The notes under the pieces are model-generated. The model had not been told where the DNA came from. It worked only from the letters and a program-made list of their open reading frames with translations, and did no database searches. A DNA stretch of 64,000 bases from an uncultured Alphaproteobacteria bacterium (GTDB lineage: Bacteria > Pseudomonadota > Alphaproteobacteria > Rhodospirillales > Defluviicoccaceae): the NCBI GenBank assembly GCA_963781645.1, contig CAWAGY010000031.1, positions 27,562 to 91,561 of the forward strand, read 5' to 3'. Below are positions 36,307 through 46,444 of the stretch, in pieces. Position numbers and translations under genes: made by a program. Position 1 is the first letter of the stretch. Each line of letters opens with the position of its first letter.

Positions 36307-37826
36307 TCACGAGTTCTCCACCGTGTCCACCCTGGCCCCGCTTCCGTCAGAGGTAGGCTCGGCGTCGGCGTCGCGCAACAACTCGTCGACGGCAACCTTG
36401 CGCTCGCTGACCTTTGCCATCTCCAGCATGAAGTCGACCACCTTCTCCTCAAGGATCGGCGCTGCAGCGCCTCTTTCGCCTCGTCGCTCTTGCGGAAGAA
36501 ATCCAGTACCGCCTGTTCCTGACCGGGGAAGCGCCTCGCTTCGGCAACGATCGCCTTGCCGAGCTCGTCGGGCGTCACCTGCAGATTGTTGTTGCGGCCG
36601 ATTTCAGCAAGCACCAGCCCGAGGCGGACCCGCCGCTCGGCGAGGCGGCCGTGTTCAGCGCGTTCGGCCTCGCTCACCGCCGTCGCCGCGGCGCCGGTCT
36701 CGCCTTCACCGTGGTCGTGGCCGCAGCCGGGACCGTGCACGTGGTCCGGATCATCGTCGCCGTGAGAGTGGGCATGGGCGGCGGGACCATCTGCATGGCC
36801 TTCAGTATGCGCATTTCCTGTCGCCTCGCTGTGATCGGCGTCATCGTCCGCCGGCTTCGTCTCGGAGGCGAGCTGACGGGCGACGACGCTGATCTCCCGA
36901 TCGACCAGCCCCCTCGGCAAAGGAAAGGTATAAAGAGCATCCAGCCGATCGAGGAGCTGCCGCTTCAGGCGCATCCGCGACATCGTCTTCAACTCCTGGG
37001 CCTGGTGCTGGCGCACCTGGTCGCGCAGCGCCGCCAGCGTCTCGGCACCGAAGCGCTGCGCCATGGCGTCGTCGAGAACGAGCGGATCCCGCTCCCGGAG
37101 CTCCTTGACCGCGACCTCGTAGTCGATCGTCCGCCCGGCGAGGACGGCGATCGGGTGATCGGCCGGATAGGCGATGCGCACCGTCTTCGTTTCGCCCGCC
37201 TGCACGCCGAGAAGCTGCGCCTCCAGACCCGGCGCCGGCCCTTCCGCGCCGAGGCTGATGGCGATGTCCTTGCCGTTGCCGAACGGCGCCTTGTCGTCCG
37301 GGGCGACGACATCGAAGACGACGACATCGTCCGCCGTTGCCGGCCTCGCCTCGGTGACCGGTGTGGCCCCACGGGACGCCTCGGCGAGGCGGCCGAGCAT
37401 CTCGTCGGTGCTCTCCTCGGTGACATCGGCGACCAGCCGTTCGAGCTCGATCGAGGCGTAGTCGGGCGGCGTGATCTCCGGCAGGACCTCGAGGGCGAGC
37501 GTATATTCGAGATCGCCGGAGCCGGCGGCGGCGTCCGCGGGCGCAACCTCGATGCGCGGCGGCAACGCCGGGCGGATGCCGCGATCGGCGATCACCGACT
37601 TCGTCGCCTCGTTGATGGTCTGCTCCACAATCTCGCCGCGCAGCGTCTCGCCGTAGCGCTTGCGCAAGAGCGCCACCGGCACCTTGCCCGGCCGGAAACC
37701 CGGCAGCCGCACGCTGTGCGCCAGTTCACCCAGTCGCTTCTCGAATTTCTGTTCGATGTCGGCGGCGGGAACGGCGATGCGGAATTCCCGGGTCAGTTCG
37801 TCGATCTTTGTTTCGGTAACTTGCAT
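36307..37826 (-). CDS. tig: Trigger factor with His-rich insertion (frameshift near 36465)
   Basis: GFRPGKVP ribosome-binding signature, [13 protein letters not shown] and ILEEKVVD, in the tRNA-Leu-tig-clpP context. Confidence 0.92.
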
Positions 37827-37933
37827 GGTTCGGCTTGACCGTTTCTCGGATGGCGGAGGATCGGCGACGCGGCAACCGGGCCGCCGGGCGGGACGCCCGG
37901 TCTGGCGCGGCGGGCCGCCGATCGAGCTGTCGC

Positions 37934-38018
37934 TGGTGCGGGCGGAGGGATTTGAACCCCCACGACTTGCGTCACAGGAACCTAAATCCTGCGTGTCTAC
38001 CGGTTCCACCACGCCCGC
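37934..38018 (-). tRNA. tRNA-Leu(TAG)
   Basis: GCGGGCGTGGTGGAACCGGTAGACACGCAGGATT-TAG-GTTCCTGTGACGCAAGTCGTGGGGGTTCAAATCCCTCCGCCCGCACCA, with a long variable arm. Confidence 0.96.
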
Positions 38019-38221
38019 AGGACTCCCTTAACCTGCCGGCAGGATCGCACATTCCCACTTCGTCCCCAATCAAGTCAATGCCGATCGAGGGCTTTTCGGC
38101 GCCGTGGCGGCGGCGACATTTGCCTCGCCAGAGCGGCTTGCATCGACCGGGCGCTTGCATGGACCGGGCGGTCCGGGTCGAATACGATCATCAGCCTCCG
38201 CCATCAGAGGAACTCACAACG

Positions 38222-38749
38222 ATGCAACGCATTCTCTTCGCTCTCATCGCCATCGCCGCCTTGGCGACGACGGCGGCGCTGGCCGACACCTACATGGTCG
38301 GCGATCTGAAGATCGAGCATCCATGGGCGCGGGCTTCCGCCGGCGCCGCCGCCGCCGGCGCCGCCTATATGACGATCACGACGACAGGCGCGACCGCGGA
38401 CCGGCTCGTCGGTGCCTCGACGCCGGTCGCCGGCAAGGCGGAGCTGCACACCCACATCGCAGACGGCGAGGTCATGCGGATGCGCCCGGTGGACGCCATC
38501 GAGGTCGAGCCCGGTAAGCCGGCGGTCCTCAAGCCGGGCGGCCTGCACGTCATGCTGATCGGACTGAAGGCGCCCCTGAAGGAGGGCGAGACGTTCCCGT
38601 TGAACCTGAACTTCGCCAAGGCCGGTTCGGTCACCGTCAACGTCGACGTCGAATCGGCGGCCGCCGGCGCCCCCGACATGGGCGGGCACGAGATGGGCGG
38701 TGCGGGAATGGGCAGCGATCACATGGGAGGCGGCCAAAAGCAGCACTAA
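38222..38749 (+). CDS. Periplasmic copper chaperone PCu(A)C
   Basis: Signal peptide, HPWARA, ELHTH...MRM...PGGLHVML Cu motif and a Met/His-rich tail. Confidence 0.92.
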   Translation: MQRILFALIAIAALATTAALADTYMVGDLKIEHPWARASAGAAAAGAAYMTITTTGATADRLVGASTPVAGKAELHTHIADGEVMRMRPVDAIEVEPGKPAVLKPGGLHVMLIGLKAPLKEGETFPLNLNFAKAGSVTVNVDVESAAAGAPDMGGHEMGGAGMGSDHMGGGQKQH

Positions 38750-39124
38750 TATCCGGCACTAACCCCAGCGCAAGCCGCGAGCGGGACGACAACGACCCCT
38801 ACGATGGGATCATCGGCCGCCCGATCACCGCCCCGGCGTCGGCGGCCGCCGTCACCCGCTCGCGGACGCAGCCGGTTATCCGCAGCCTCCGACCTAGCGT
38901 CGACCGCGATCACCCGCGCGAGTCCCGTTTGCGTCAATTTGGGGTTTGGGCGGCACTGTCCGCTGTCGAAAGGAGATCGGACATGGTAGTGCGGCCTCGA
39001 AAGGGCGCTCGCCGAGGATACGCGGAAAAGGTCGAGAGCTAGATCCGGAGTGACGACGCTCGTCATGAAAACGGCCTTGGAGCTAGCGCTGTGGCCTGTC
39101 GCAGTCGACAGCAGCGCCAGGCTT

Positions 39125-39955
39125 TTAGGCCATCCCGAAGAACCGAAGCAGTGATGCACCGGCCAGAACAGCCATACCCCAGCCAATCAGCGCAACGCCT
39201 ACGACCTTGCCGAGCCAGTGGCCCATAGAAATGGTTTTCTCCAGCAGGACAAAAACCGCGAGTCCGACGATCCAGTAAAGATTCATGATGCCGCCGAAGA
39301 ACAAGAGCCCCATCAGAAACCAGCAGCAGCCGACGCAAAAGACACCGTGCTCGATTCCCATCAGGAACGCTCCGCGCGCTCCGTTGCGCCAATGGGTGAG
39401 AATGAACTGCAGGGGTGAGCGGCAGTGCTTCAGACATGCCCGCTTGAGCGGGGTTAGTTGATAGACGCCCGCAACTATCAATAAGATGCCGCCGAGAACC
39501 GTGCTCGCGCTTACCAGCATGGGAGACAGCAACGCTGTAGTCTCTAGGCCCCATTGCAGACCGACAGCGACGATGCTGAAGCACGCCCAGGCGACTAGAT
39601 AAGCCGATGCAAATAGCGAAGTCGGCACAAAGGGATTGCCCTTCTCCTTCTGCTTGCAACTCATCGCGGCGAACAGCAGCACCATGGGTGCTGCCGACGG
39701 CAGCATCATAGCGATCATCATGACCCACCACATGACGAACATCGGGCCGGCGTAGCCGATGTCCCAGGCTGCGGGCATCATCATGTCCATGCCCCCTGTG
39801 CGAGAGGTCATGCGGGTCATCTCGAAGGCTGACATATTCATACCAGCCCCGGCCAAGACGTAGGCCCATGAAAGCGCCATGACGGTCAATAGCGCGCCCA
39901 GGACGATAACCCTATCGCGTTTGACGGCGCTTTCGATGGCTGCGTCAATCGACAT
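39125..39955 (-). CDS. DUF2182-family putative metal-binding membrane protein
   Basis: MWWVMMIAMMLPS, YQLTPLKRACLKHCRSP, CVGCCWFLM, GIMNL and LEK. Confidence 0.85.
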   Translation of the reverse strand: MSIDAAIESAVKRDRVIVLGALLTVMALSWAYVLAGAGMNMSAFEMTRMTSRTGGMDMMMPAAWDIGYAGPMFVMWWVMMIAMMLPSAAPMVLLFAAMSCKQKEKGNPFVPTSLFASAYLVAWACFSIVAVGLQWGLETTALLSPMLVSASTVLGGILLIVAGVYQLTPLKRACLKHCRSPLQFILTHWRNGARGAFLMGIEHGVFCVGCCWFLMGLLFFGGIMNLYWIVGLAVFVLLEKTISMGHWLGKVVGVALIGWGMAVLAGASLLRFFGMA

Positions 39956-40089
39956 GTTTCAAGCCGTAGCTCAGCCTAGCTGGCGGTCGAAACTAACAAG
40001 CACAGGATGCTTGTTCCCACCGGATTATAGTCTCTCGCAGAGAGGGGCGCGGACCTAGGCGGCCCTTCTGGTGGCCGTCGTTATTTTCG

Positions 40090-40693
40090 TCAAGCGGCCC
40101 AGGTGAAGCTGTGAAGCGTCGCAGAGTCACCTTCCCATTTTCCAAGATCCGGGTCCGACCAGCTGCTTCCCCTACTGTCGGCTACGACCATACTCTCAAT
40201 CTGAAACGCCCCTTGAGCAGCCGCACCAGACACGGTCGTCGACTTGCCGGCGGCATCCCGGAACAGCTTGAGCGTTGCTTCTCCTACGCCGTCGACGCGG
40301 ATCTTCGGATTGTCGCCCCACTCGATTTCGACTTTCCCTACCCGGACCGGATGCCAAGTACTGATGACAGCGCCGAATACACCTTCCAGCACTCCCCCTT
40401 TTTGACCGCTGAAAAATGGCCTCCAGTTCCCGCCTCTGATCGGCGCTCGCCGCGTCGTCTATGAAGAGCCTAGCACTGCCATTACCGCCAAAGAAATTAC
40501 CTGGCCAATGGGCCATAAAGATCACTTTGCCGCCAGCTAGGTCGATACCGTCGGAGTTTCCCGAGTGGATATCGAACCCAAAGATGCCCGAGCACCACTC
40601 CTTATCAGGTTTTCCCTCTGGCCCCAGCCAGCAGGGGCAAAGTGCGCTGCAGCTACATAGCTCCATGCTTCGGCCTGATACCTGCCACGACAT
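40090..40693 (-). CDS. DUF1326-family protein (frameshift near 40400)
   Basis: MSWQVSG...ELCSCSALCPC...CSG, IDDAASADQRRELEAIF and C-terminal FTW. Usual partner of DUF2182. Confidence 0.8.
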
Positions 40694-40885
40694 GCGCCTT
40701 TCCTCCTCTGACAAGTTTATTCGTGAGGAGCGAATTGCTACGCCGCTTGACGGTCGGCATTCAAACGACGCTCTCGAAGGCAAAGAAGCGATGTTCTGAA
40801 CTGCGGGTCAAGTCCGGAAATGGCGACAAGCGCCGCCGGTTGCTGTGAGGCGGCAGTGGTGGACGCTCGCCGGAGTTCCCGCCCC

Positions 40886-40943
40886 TCAGTTGTTGAGCAG
40901 GCTTCTCATTGCCGAGGACAGGGCGTGCTTGCCGGTGGCGCGG
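40886..40943 (-). repeat. Diverged duplicate of the last 58 bp of mcd (second copy 46445-46502)
   Basis: 48/58 nt identical by manual alignment. Encodes RATGKHALSSAMRSLLNN* versus [18 protein letters not shown]. Confidence 0.8.
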
Positions 40944-41054
40944 GGAGTATGGACCTGGCGCAACGCCCGTGAGCCGCTGGATCGTCAGCTACAGGCCCCG
41001 CCGTGGCGCGAGGCACCCCACTGAGGATCATCGCAACTGTCGGGCGCGGAAGCG

Positions 41055-41091
41055 ATAGACGCAATCAATCGTGCCGATCTGAACAATCAAT
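41055..41091. promoter_or_regulatory. OxyR-type binding site upstream of catalase
   Basis: ATAG-N7-CAAT-N7-ATCT-N7-CAAT matches the ATAG-N7-CTAT-N7-ATAG-N7-CTAT OxyR pattern with exact spacing. Confidence 0.7.
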
Positions 41092-41223
41092 TTCCGGTGA
41101 TTGCTTAAATCTGGAATAATTCTAATTCCGGACACGCAATGCACGAGTGTGCGACGTGCGGGGGCCCACCCTCCGCGCGGCGAGCGGGTCCCAAGCGATA
41201 ATCAACGAGAGGGAAGAGTTCAC

Positions 41224-42694
41224 ATGACTGATGATAGCAAGAGGCCAACATTGACGACCAGCGCCGGCATTCCCGTCGGCGACAACCAGAACAGCCTGAC
41301 CGCCGGGCCGCGCGGGCCGCTGCTGGCGCAGGACTGGCAGTTGTTCGAGAAGCACGCGCACTTCAACCGGGAGCGGATTCCCGAGCGCGTCGTCCACGCC
41401 AAGGGCTCCGGCGCCTACGGCACGCTGACGATCACGCGGCCGATCCCCGAGTACACGAAGGCGAAGCTGTTTGCGGAAGCCGGCAAGACGACCGAATGCT
41501 TCGCCCGCTTTTCGACCGTCGCCGGCGAGCACGGCGCGGCGGATGCCGAGCGCGACGTGCGCGGCTTCGCGGTGAAGTTCTACACCGAGGAGGGCAACTG
41601 GGACCTGGTCGGCAACAACACGCCGGTGTTCTTCGTCCGCGATCCCTTCAAGTTTCCGGACTTCATCCACACCCAGAAGCGCGACCCCAAGACCAACCTG
41701 CGCAATACCGTCGCCATGTGGGACTTCTGGTCGCTGAGCCCGGAGAGCCTGCATCAGGTCACGATCCTGTTCTCGGACCGCGGCCTGCCCCGCAGCTACC
41801 GGCACATGCACGGGTTCGGCTCCCACACCTACAGCCTCATCAACGCCGGCAACGAACGCTTCTGGGTCAAATTCCACTTCAAGACGAAGCAGGGGATCGA
41901 AAACCTGATGGGCGCCGAGGCGGCGACGCTCGTCGGCAACGACCGGGAGAGCCACCAGCGCGACCTGTTCACCGCGATCGAAGGCAGCGACTTCCCGCAG
42001 TGGCGGCTGTGCGTCCAGGTGATGCCCGAGGCGGATGCCGAGAAGACGCCGTACAACCCCTTCGATCTGACCAAGATCTGGCCGCACGCCGACTATCCCT
42101 TGCTCGAAATCGGCGTCATGGAGCTCAACCGCAATCCGGAGAACTACTTCGCCGAGGTCGAGCAGGCGGGCTTCTCGCCGGCGAACGTCGTCCCCGGCAT
42201 CGGCCACAGCCCCGATAAGATGCTGCAAATGCGCATCCTTTCCTACGCCGACGCCCACCGCTACCGGCTCGGCGTCAACCACGAGAGCCTGCCGGTGAAC
42301 AAGCCCCGCTGCCCCGTTCATTCGTATCATCGCGACGGCTCCATGCGCTTCGACGGCAACGCGGGCGGCGCCGTCAACTACGAGCCGAACAGCTTCGGCG
42401 GCCCGATCGAGGATCCGCGGTTCAAGGAGCCGCCGCTTGAAGATCGCCGGCGACGCCGACCGCTACGATCACCGTGTCGGCAACGACGACTATACCCAGG
42501 CCGGCAACCTGTTCCGGTTGATGGACCAGGGGCAGCGGGACCGTCTGATGGATGCGATCGCGGGCGCGATGCAGGACGTACCGGAGACCATCGTGCGCAG
42601 GCAGCTCGGCCACTTCGTCAAGGCCGATCCGGCCTACGGCGAGGGCGTCGCCAGGCGCCTCGGCGTCAGCACCGGTGCGATGGCGGCCGAATAA
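41224..42694 (+). CDS. katA: Monofunctional heme catalase, small-subunit type (frameshift near 42438)
   Basis: [21 protein letters not shown] and [14 protein letters not shown] (proximal Tyr). Confidence 0.93.
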
Positions 42695-42847
42695 AGCCGG
42701 GGATCCGAACTCCCGGCCGGGTGGTCCTGCGACGGCCGCCCGGTCGGCGGCAGCCTCCGTTGACGGTCTGCCTCGGTGTGATCTGCCTCGGTGACGGTCG
42801 CAATGCGTCGGAACGCGCCTTCCAACGCTACTCCGGCCGCCTCGATC

Positions 42848-43105
42848 TCAGGTCTTTGACGGGCCCTCGTCCCCCTCCGGCGCCCCGGTCTCCTGTTTGC
42901 TGGCGGGGCCGTGGTAATCGGTGATGCCGCTGAAGAGCGCGTAGCACGCGAGGCGCACCGTTTTCGGGATTGCAACGCTTTCGCCGTCGCGCTCACCCTT
43001 CTCGTAATACTGCAAAACCCGCCGCTTCAGGCCGAGCGCTTCCGCAGCCCCCTTTTGTGACAACCCGAGCGACTTCCGCCAGCGCTTGAAATCGGATGGA
43101 CGCAC
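42848..43105 (-). CDS. Small XRE-family HTH regulator
   Basis: [43 protein letters not shown] precedes the GTG start. Confidence 0.8.
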   Translation of the reverse strand: MRPSDFKRWRKSLGLSQKGAAEALGLKRRVLQYYEKGERDGESVAIPKTVRLACYALFSGITDYHGPASKQETGAPEGDEGPSKT

Positions 43106-43184
43106 CGTTCGCTCCCGAACCGGACGTGCGTATGTAACCGCAGATGGCGGCCGAACCAAGCCCGTTGAAGCTGGCGGATCGCCA

Positions 43185-43237
43185 GCGCACGCCGTGCGCA
43201 TTTATCTGTTGACAAAAGCGCACCCCGTGCACATCTT
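43185..43237 (+). promoter_or_regulatory. Sigma70-like promoter with two palindromic operators
   Basis: TTGACA(43209)-N17-CATCTT, with GCGCAC-N3-GTGCGC (43185-43199) and GCGCAC-N3-GTGCAC (43218-43232). Confidence 0.55.
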
Positions 43238-43320
43238 GAACGCTGCATAATTATTCAGCCGGAGGTTTGATCCCGACGGCCGAGTGCCGTCGGCTGCGGC
43301 GGCCAGGCGAGGCGACACGT

Positions 43321-44977
43321 ATGGACCAGACGCTTGCCCTGCTCAATCTCGCGGGATCCGCGGCCCTCCTGCTCTGGGGTCTGCACATGGTCCAGACCGG
43401 CATCCAGCGCGCGTTCGGTCCGAGCCTGCGTCGCCTCCTGGGCATTGCCCTCGGCAACCAAATCAAGGCCTTTTTCGTCGGCCTGATCGTCACCGCCGGC
43501 CTGCAGAGCAGCACCGCGACGGCGCTGATGATCACGTCGTTTACCGCCGGCGGGCTCGTCGATCTCGTCCCGGGGCTGGCGGTGATGCTTGGCGCCAACC
43601 TCGGCACCACCCTGATCGTCCAGGCCCTGGCCTTCGACGTCTACCATGTGGCGCCGGTGCTCGTTCTCATCGGCCTTGTGCTGTTCCGCCGCGGCCGGAT
43701 TTCCCGGATTCGCGATCTCGGCCGCGTCGCCATCGGCCTCGGCCTGATGCTGCTTGCCCTTCGCGAGCTGATGACCCTCATCCCGCTGCCCGAAAATGCC
43801 CCTGCTCTGCGGCTGGTGCTCAATTCCGTCATGGCAGACCCGCTGGTCACCGCTCTTCTCGCCGCCGTTCTCACCTGGGCGGCCCATTCGAGCGTCGCGA
43901 TCGTGCTGGTCGCCATATCGTTCGCCGCCCACGGCGCCATCTCCCTCGATGCAGCGATCGCCCTGGTCGTTGGCGCCAACCTCGGAAGCGCGATCAACCC
44001 TCTGCTCGAGACGCCTTCCGGCGGCGATCCGGCGGCGCGACGGCTTCCCATCGGCAATATGCTCAACCGGTTGCTCGGCTGTGCCGCGGCGCTCCTCTTC
44101 ATCGACCGGATCGGCCCATTCGTCACCAGCCTCGAGCCGGATCCGGTGCGGGCGCTGGCCGATTTTCATACCGCCTTTAATTTCTTCTTGGCGCTCGTCT
44201 TCCTGCCGGTGCTGGGGCCGTGGGCACGTCTGCTGCGCCGGGCGGTGCCGGCGCGCGCCGATCCTGCCGATCCCGCCCGCCCCCGGTACCTTGAGGATAG
44301 CGCAACCGACAGCCCGATGGTCGGGCTCGCCGGCGCCGCCCGCGAGGTGCTCCGCATGGCGGATATCGTCGAGGCGATGCTGCGCGGCGCGCTCGATGGG
44401 CTCGACGGCGGAGACCGCAAGCGGATCACGGAAACCAAGCAGCTGGAGGATGTGCTCGATCGCCTCGACCGGGCGATCACCGCCTACCTCACCCGGATGG
44501 ACCCGGATGGCCTGGACGAGCGGGAAAGCCGGCGGCTGACGGAGATCCTCGCCTTCTCGAAGAACCTTGAGCATGCCGGCGATATCGTGAAGCGCAACCT
44601 GATGCCGCTCGCCGCCAAACGGTTGAAGCGGGGGTTCGCTTTTTCCGAGGCGGACGGCGCCGAGATCCGCACAATGCTCGAGCGACTGGTGGCCAATGTC
44701 CGTACCGCGGCTGCCGTGTTCATCACCGAGGATGTTGATTCTGCACGGCGCCTGGTGAGCGAGAAGGAGGTGTTCCGAGAGCTTGAAGTCACAGGCGATC
44801 GAGGCCCATCTCGCACGCGTCCGCGCCGGCGGGGCCGAAACCATCGAAACCGGGGCTCTCCAGCTTGATGTGCTGCGCGATTTGCGGCGCATCAACGCGC
44901 ATGTCGTCACCGCCGCCAACCCCGTCCTCGAAGCCCACGGCGAGCTGTTGCCGAGCCGCCTCCGCCAGGTGGCGTGA
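43321..44977 (+). CDS. Na/Pi cotransporter family protein with C-terminal PhoU-like repeats (frameshift near 44790)
   Basis: LQSSTAT, GANLGTT, HSSVA and GANLGS repeats. C-terminal NLEHAGD and DVLRDLRRINAH. Confidence 0.88.
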
Positions 44978-45061
44978 GTTGCGCTTGTGCCACGAGTCAG
45001 TTAGGACGGCGATGCGTGCCGCCGATCAGATCGGCATCCTTACCCCGCTTCGCGGAGAGAG

Positions 45062-45541
45062 ATGAAGAAGCAGTTCGCCGCGCTTCCCCTCAAGATCGAT
45101 GCCGGGCAGCCCGAGGTGATGCTGATCACCTCGCGGGAGACGAAGCAATGGATCATCCCCAAGGGTTGGCCGCAGAAAGGTCTGGCGCCCCGTAATGTCG
45201 CCGCCCGCGAGGCCTATGAGGAAGCCGGGTTACGCGGCAAGATCGGCAAGCGCCCGATCGGCGACTACCATTATGAAAAATGGTTGTCGCCGGCTCACTC
45301 GGTGCCATGCCAGGTCACCGTTTTCCTGCTGCGGGTCGATCGCGAGCTTGACGACTGGCCGGAGAAGGCTGAGCGCGAGCGGGTGTGGCTGCCGCCGCAA
45401 GAAGCGGCGGCCCGGGTGACGGAAGTAGAACTGGGCACGCTGCTCGATGGCCTCGGCCGCCGTCTTAACGGCCAAGCCGGTCGGAAGCGCTCGATGTCCG
45501 ACCGACTGATCGGCCATCTTTTGCGCCGCAAGGCCCGCTGA
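45062..45541 (+). CDS. NUDIX hydrolase (DIPP-like)
   Basis: LITSRETKQWIIPKGW...AAREAYEEAG Nudix box and WPE. Confidence 0.88.
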   Translation: MKKQFAALPLKIDAGQPEVMLITSRETKQWIIPKGWPQKGLAPRNVAAREAYEEAGLRGKIGKRPIGDYHYEKWLSPAHSVPCQVTVFLLRVDRELDDWPEKAERERVWLPPQEAAARVTEVELGTLLDGLGRRLNGQAGRKRSMSDRLIGHLLRRKAR

Positions 45542-45751
45542 CCCCGGAGATGCAGACGCCGTCGGCGGAGCGGGCAACGCGGCGTTTCGATCAAGTCACC
45601 CCGAAGAGACTCAGGCCTGTAGCCGTACTGCGGCCCGCCGCCCAAACGCACCGCCCACGGTGTTCGAAAGGTCGGGCCGAGGGAAAGCCGGCGGACCCCA
45701 CAGTCCGCCGGATTTCGCCTAAAGGCTATCTCCTGCTATCGCCCTGACGTG

Positions 45752-45991
45752 CTAACAAGACCCCTTCGGGCACGTCGAGTTGTTTTCCCTCATGGCCGCA
45801 AGATACTTCTGCCTCGCAGCTTCGAAACACAATTCTCGCTGATCGGTGCGATCCATGCGCTCGCAGGCATTCGTCGCGGTATTGAAAGACTTCTCGGCAG
45901 CCGACTCGGAAGATGTGCAACCGACCACCGCAAACACGCCGACGACACCCACCAGGGCCGCCAAAGCCGAACCGCATTGCTTGCCGTTCAC
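45752..45991 (-). CDS. Small Cys-containing lipoprotein
   Basis: GTG start with RBS, hydrophobic signal ending in lipobox AVVGC, four further Cys in the mature part. Confidence 0.55.
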   Translation of the reverse strand: MNGKQCGSALAALVGVVGVFAVVGCTSSESAAEKSFNTATNACERMDRTDQRELCFEAARQKYLAAMRENNSTCPKGSC

Positions 45992-46143
45992 CGACCTCTC
46001 CTTCCGCACAAAGCGTTCAATATTGCCAGGATGAGCATTTCGAGGCACGAGCCATGACAACAAATATCAGATGCCGTCGAGAACCGGCACGATTGTAGTA
46101 CACTTTCAACGGCCCCCTTGCGCATACCCTGCTCCACTTGTTG

Positions 46144-46171
46144 CTTATAGACGCAACCGGCAAATAGTCAA
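46144..46171 (-). promoter_or_regulatory. Putative promoter for the lipoprotein gene
   Basis: Minus strand TTGACT-N16-TATAAG in an AT-rich intergenic region. Confidence 0.35.
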
Positions 46172-46444
46172 GTTGTTGGTAGTGCATGGAAGCTTCAGCA
46201 AAGGGTCGCCGGCTGAGGGTTCCTGATATGGGGGTGCTGGCGGGCGTCGCCGATCCTGGAAGGTACACCATGACCGAGCGAAAGATTAAGCAAGCGTAGC
46301 CGGCTCAAACCTGATACGGGCGGGTCCCAAGCGCACCGACAGCGCCGTCTGCTGATATCGTCGCTGGCGCGTGCAGCGGGTTGCGACTTCCATCTTCGGC
46401 CCGCACAGCGAGTCTTGCGTTCCAGCCGGCTGCGATACCGCACG

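Noticed and set aside
33602-36892. 1096-aa + strand ORF, and similar long antisense ORFs (8445..10739, 24653..26233, 1459..2940)
   Set aside because: These are shadow ORFs opposite well-supported genes, expected at high GC, with no motifs.
12890-37826. Frameshifts in nuoL/M/N, lon, tig, rnj, coaX and birA (also mcd, dadA, cydB, katA) suggesting pseudogenisation or programmed frameshifting
   Set aside because: They hit essential genes, cluster in patches and leave all motifs intact across frames. This is typical of uncorrected long-read indels, and read polishing would settle it.
30722-38018. tRNA genes as island integration sites
   Set aside because: I found no duplicated tRNA 3' ends or adjacent integrase. 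All three tRNAs are in their usual core context.
38983-39042. 19-codon ORF (MVVRPRKGARRGYAEKVES) after an AAGGAG RBS
   Set aside because: Too short and without homology evidence. It could be chance or a gene remnant.
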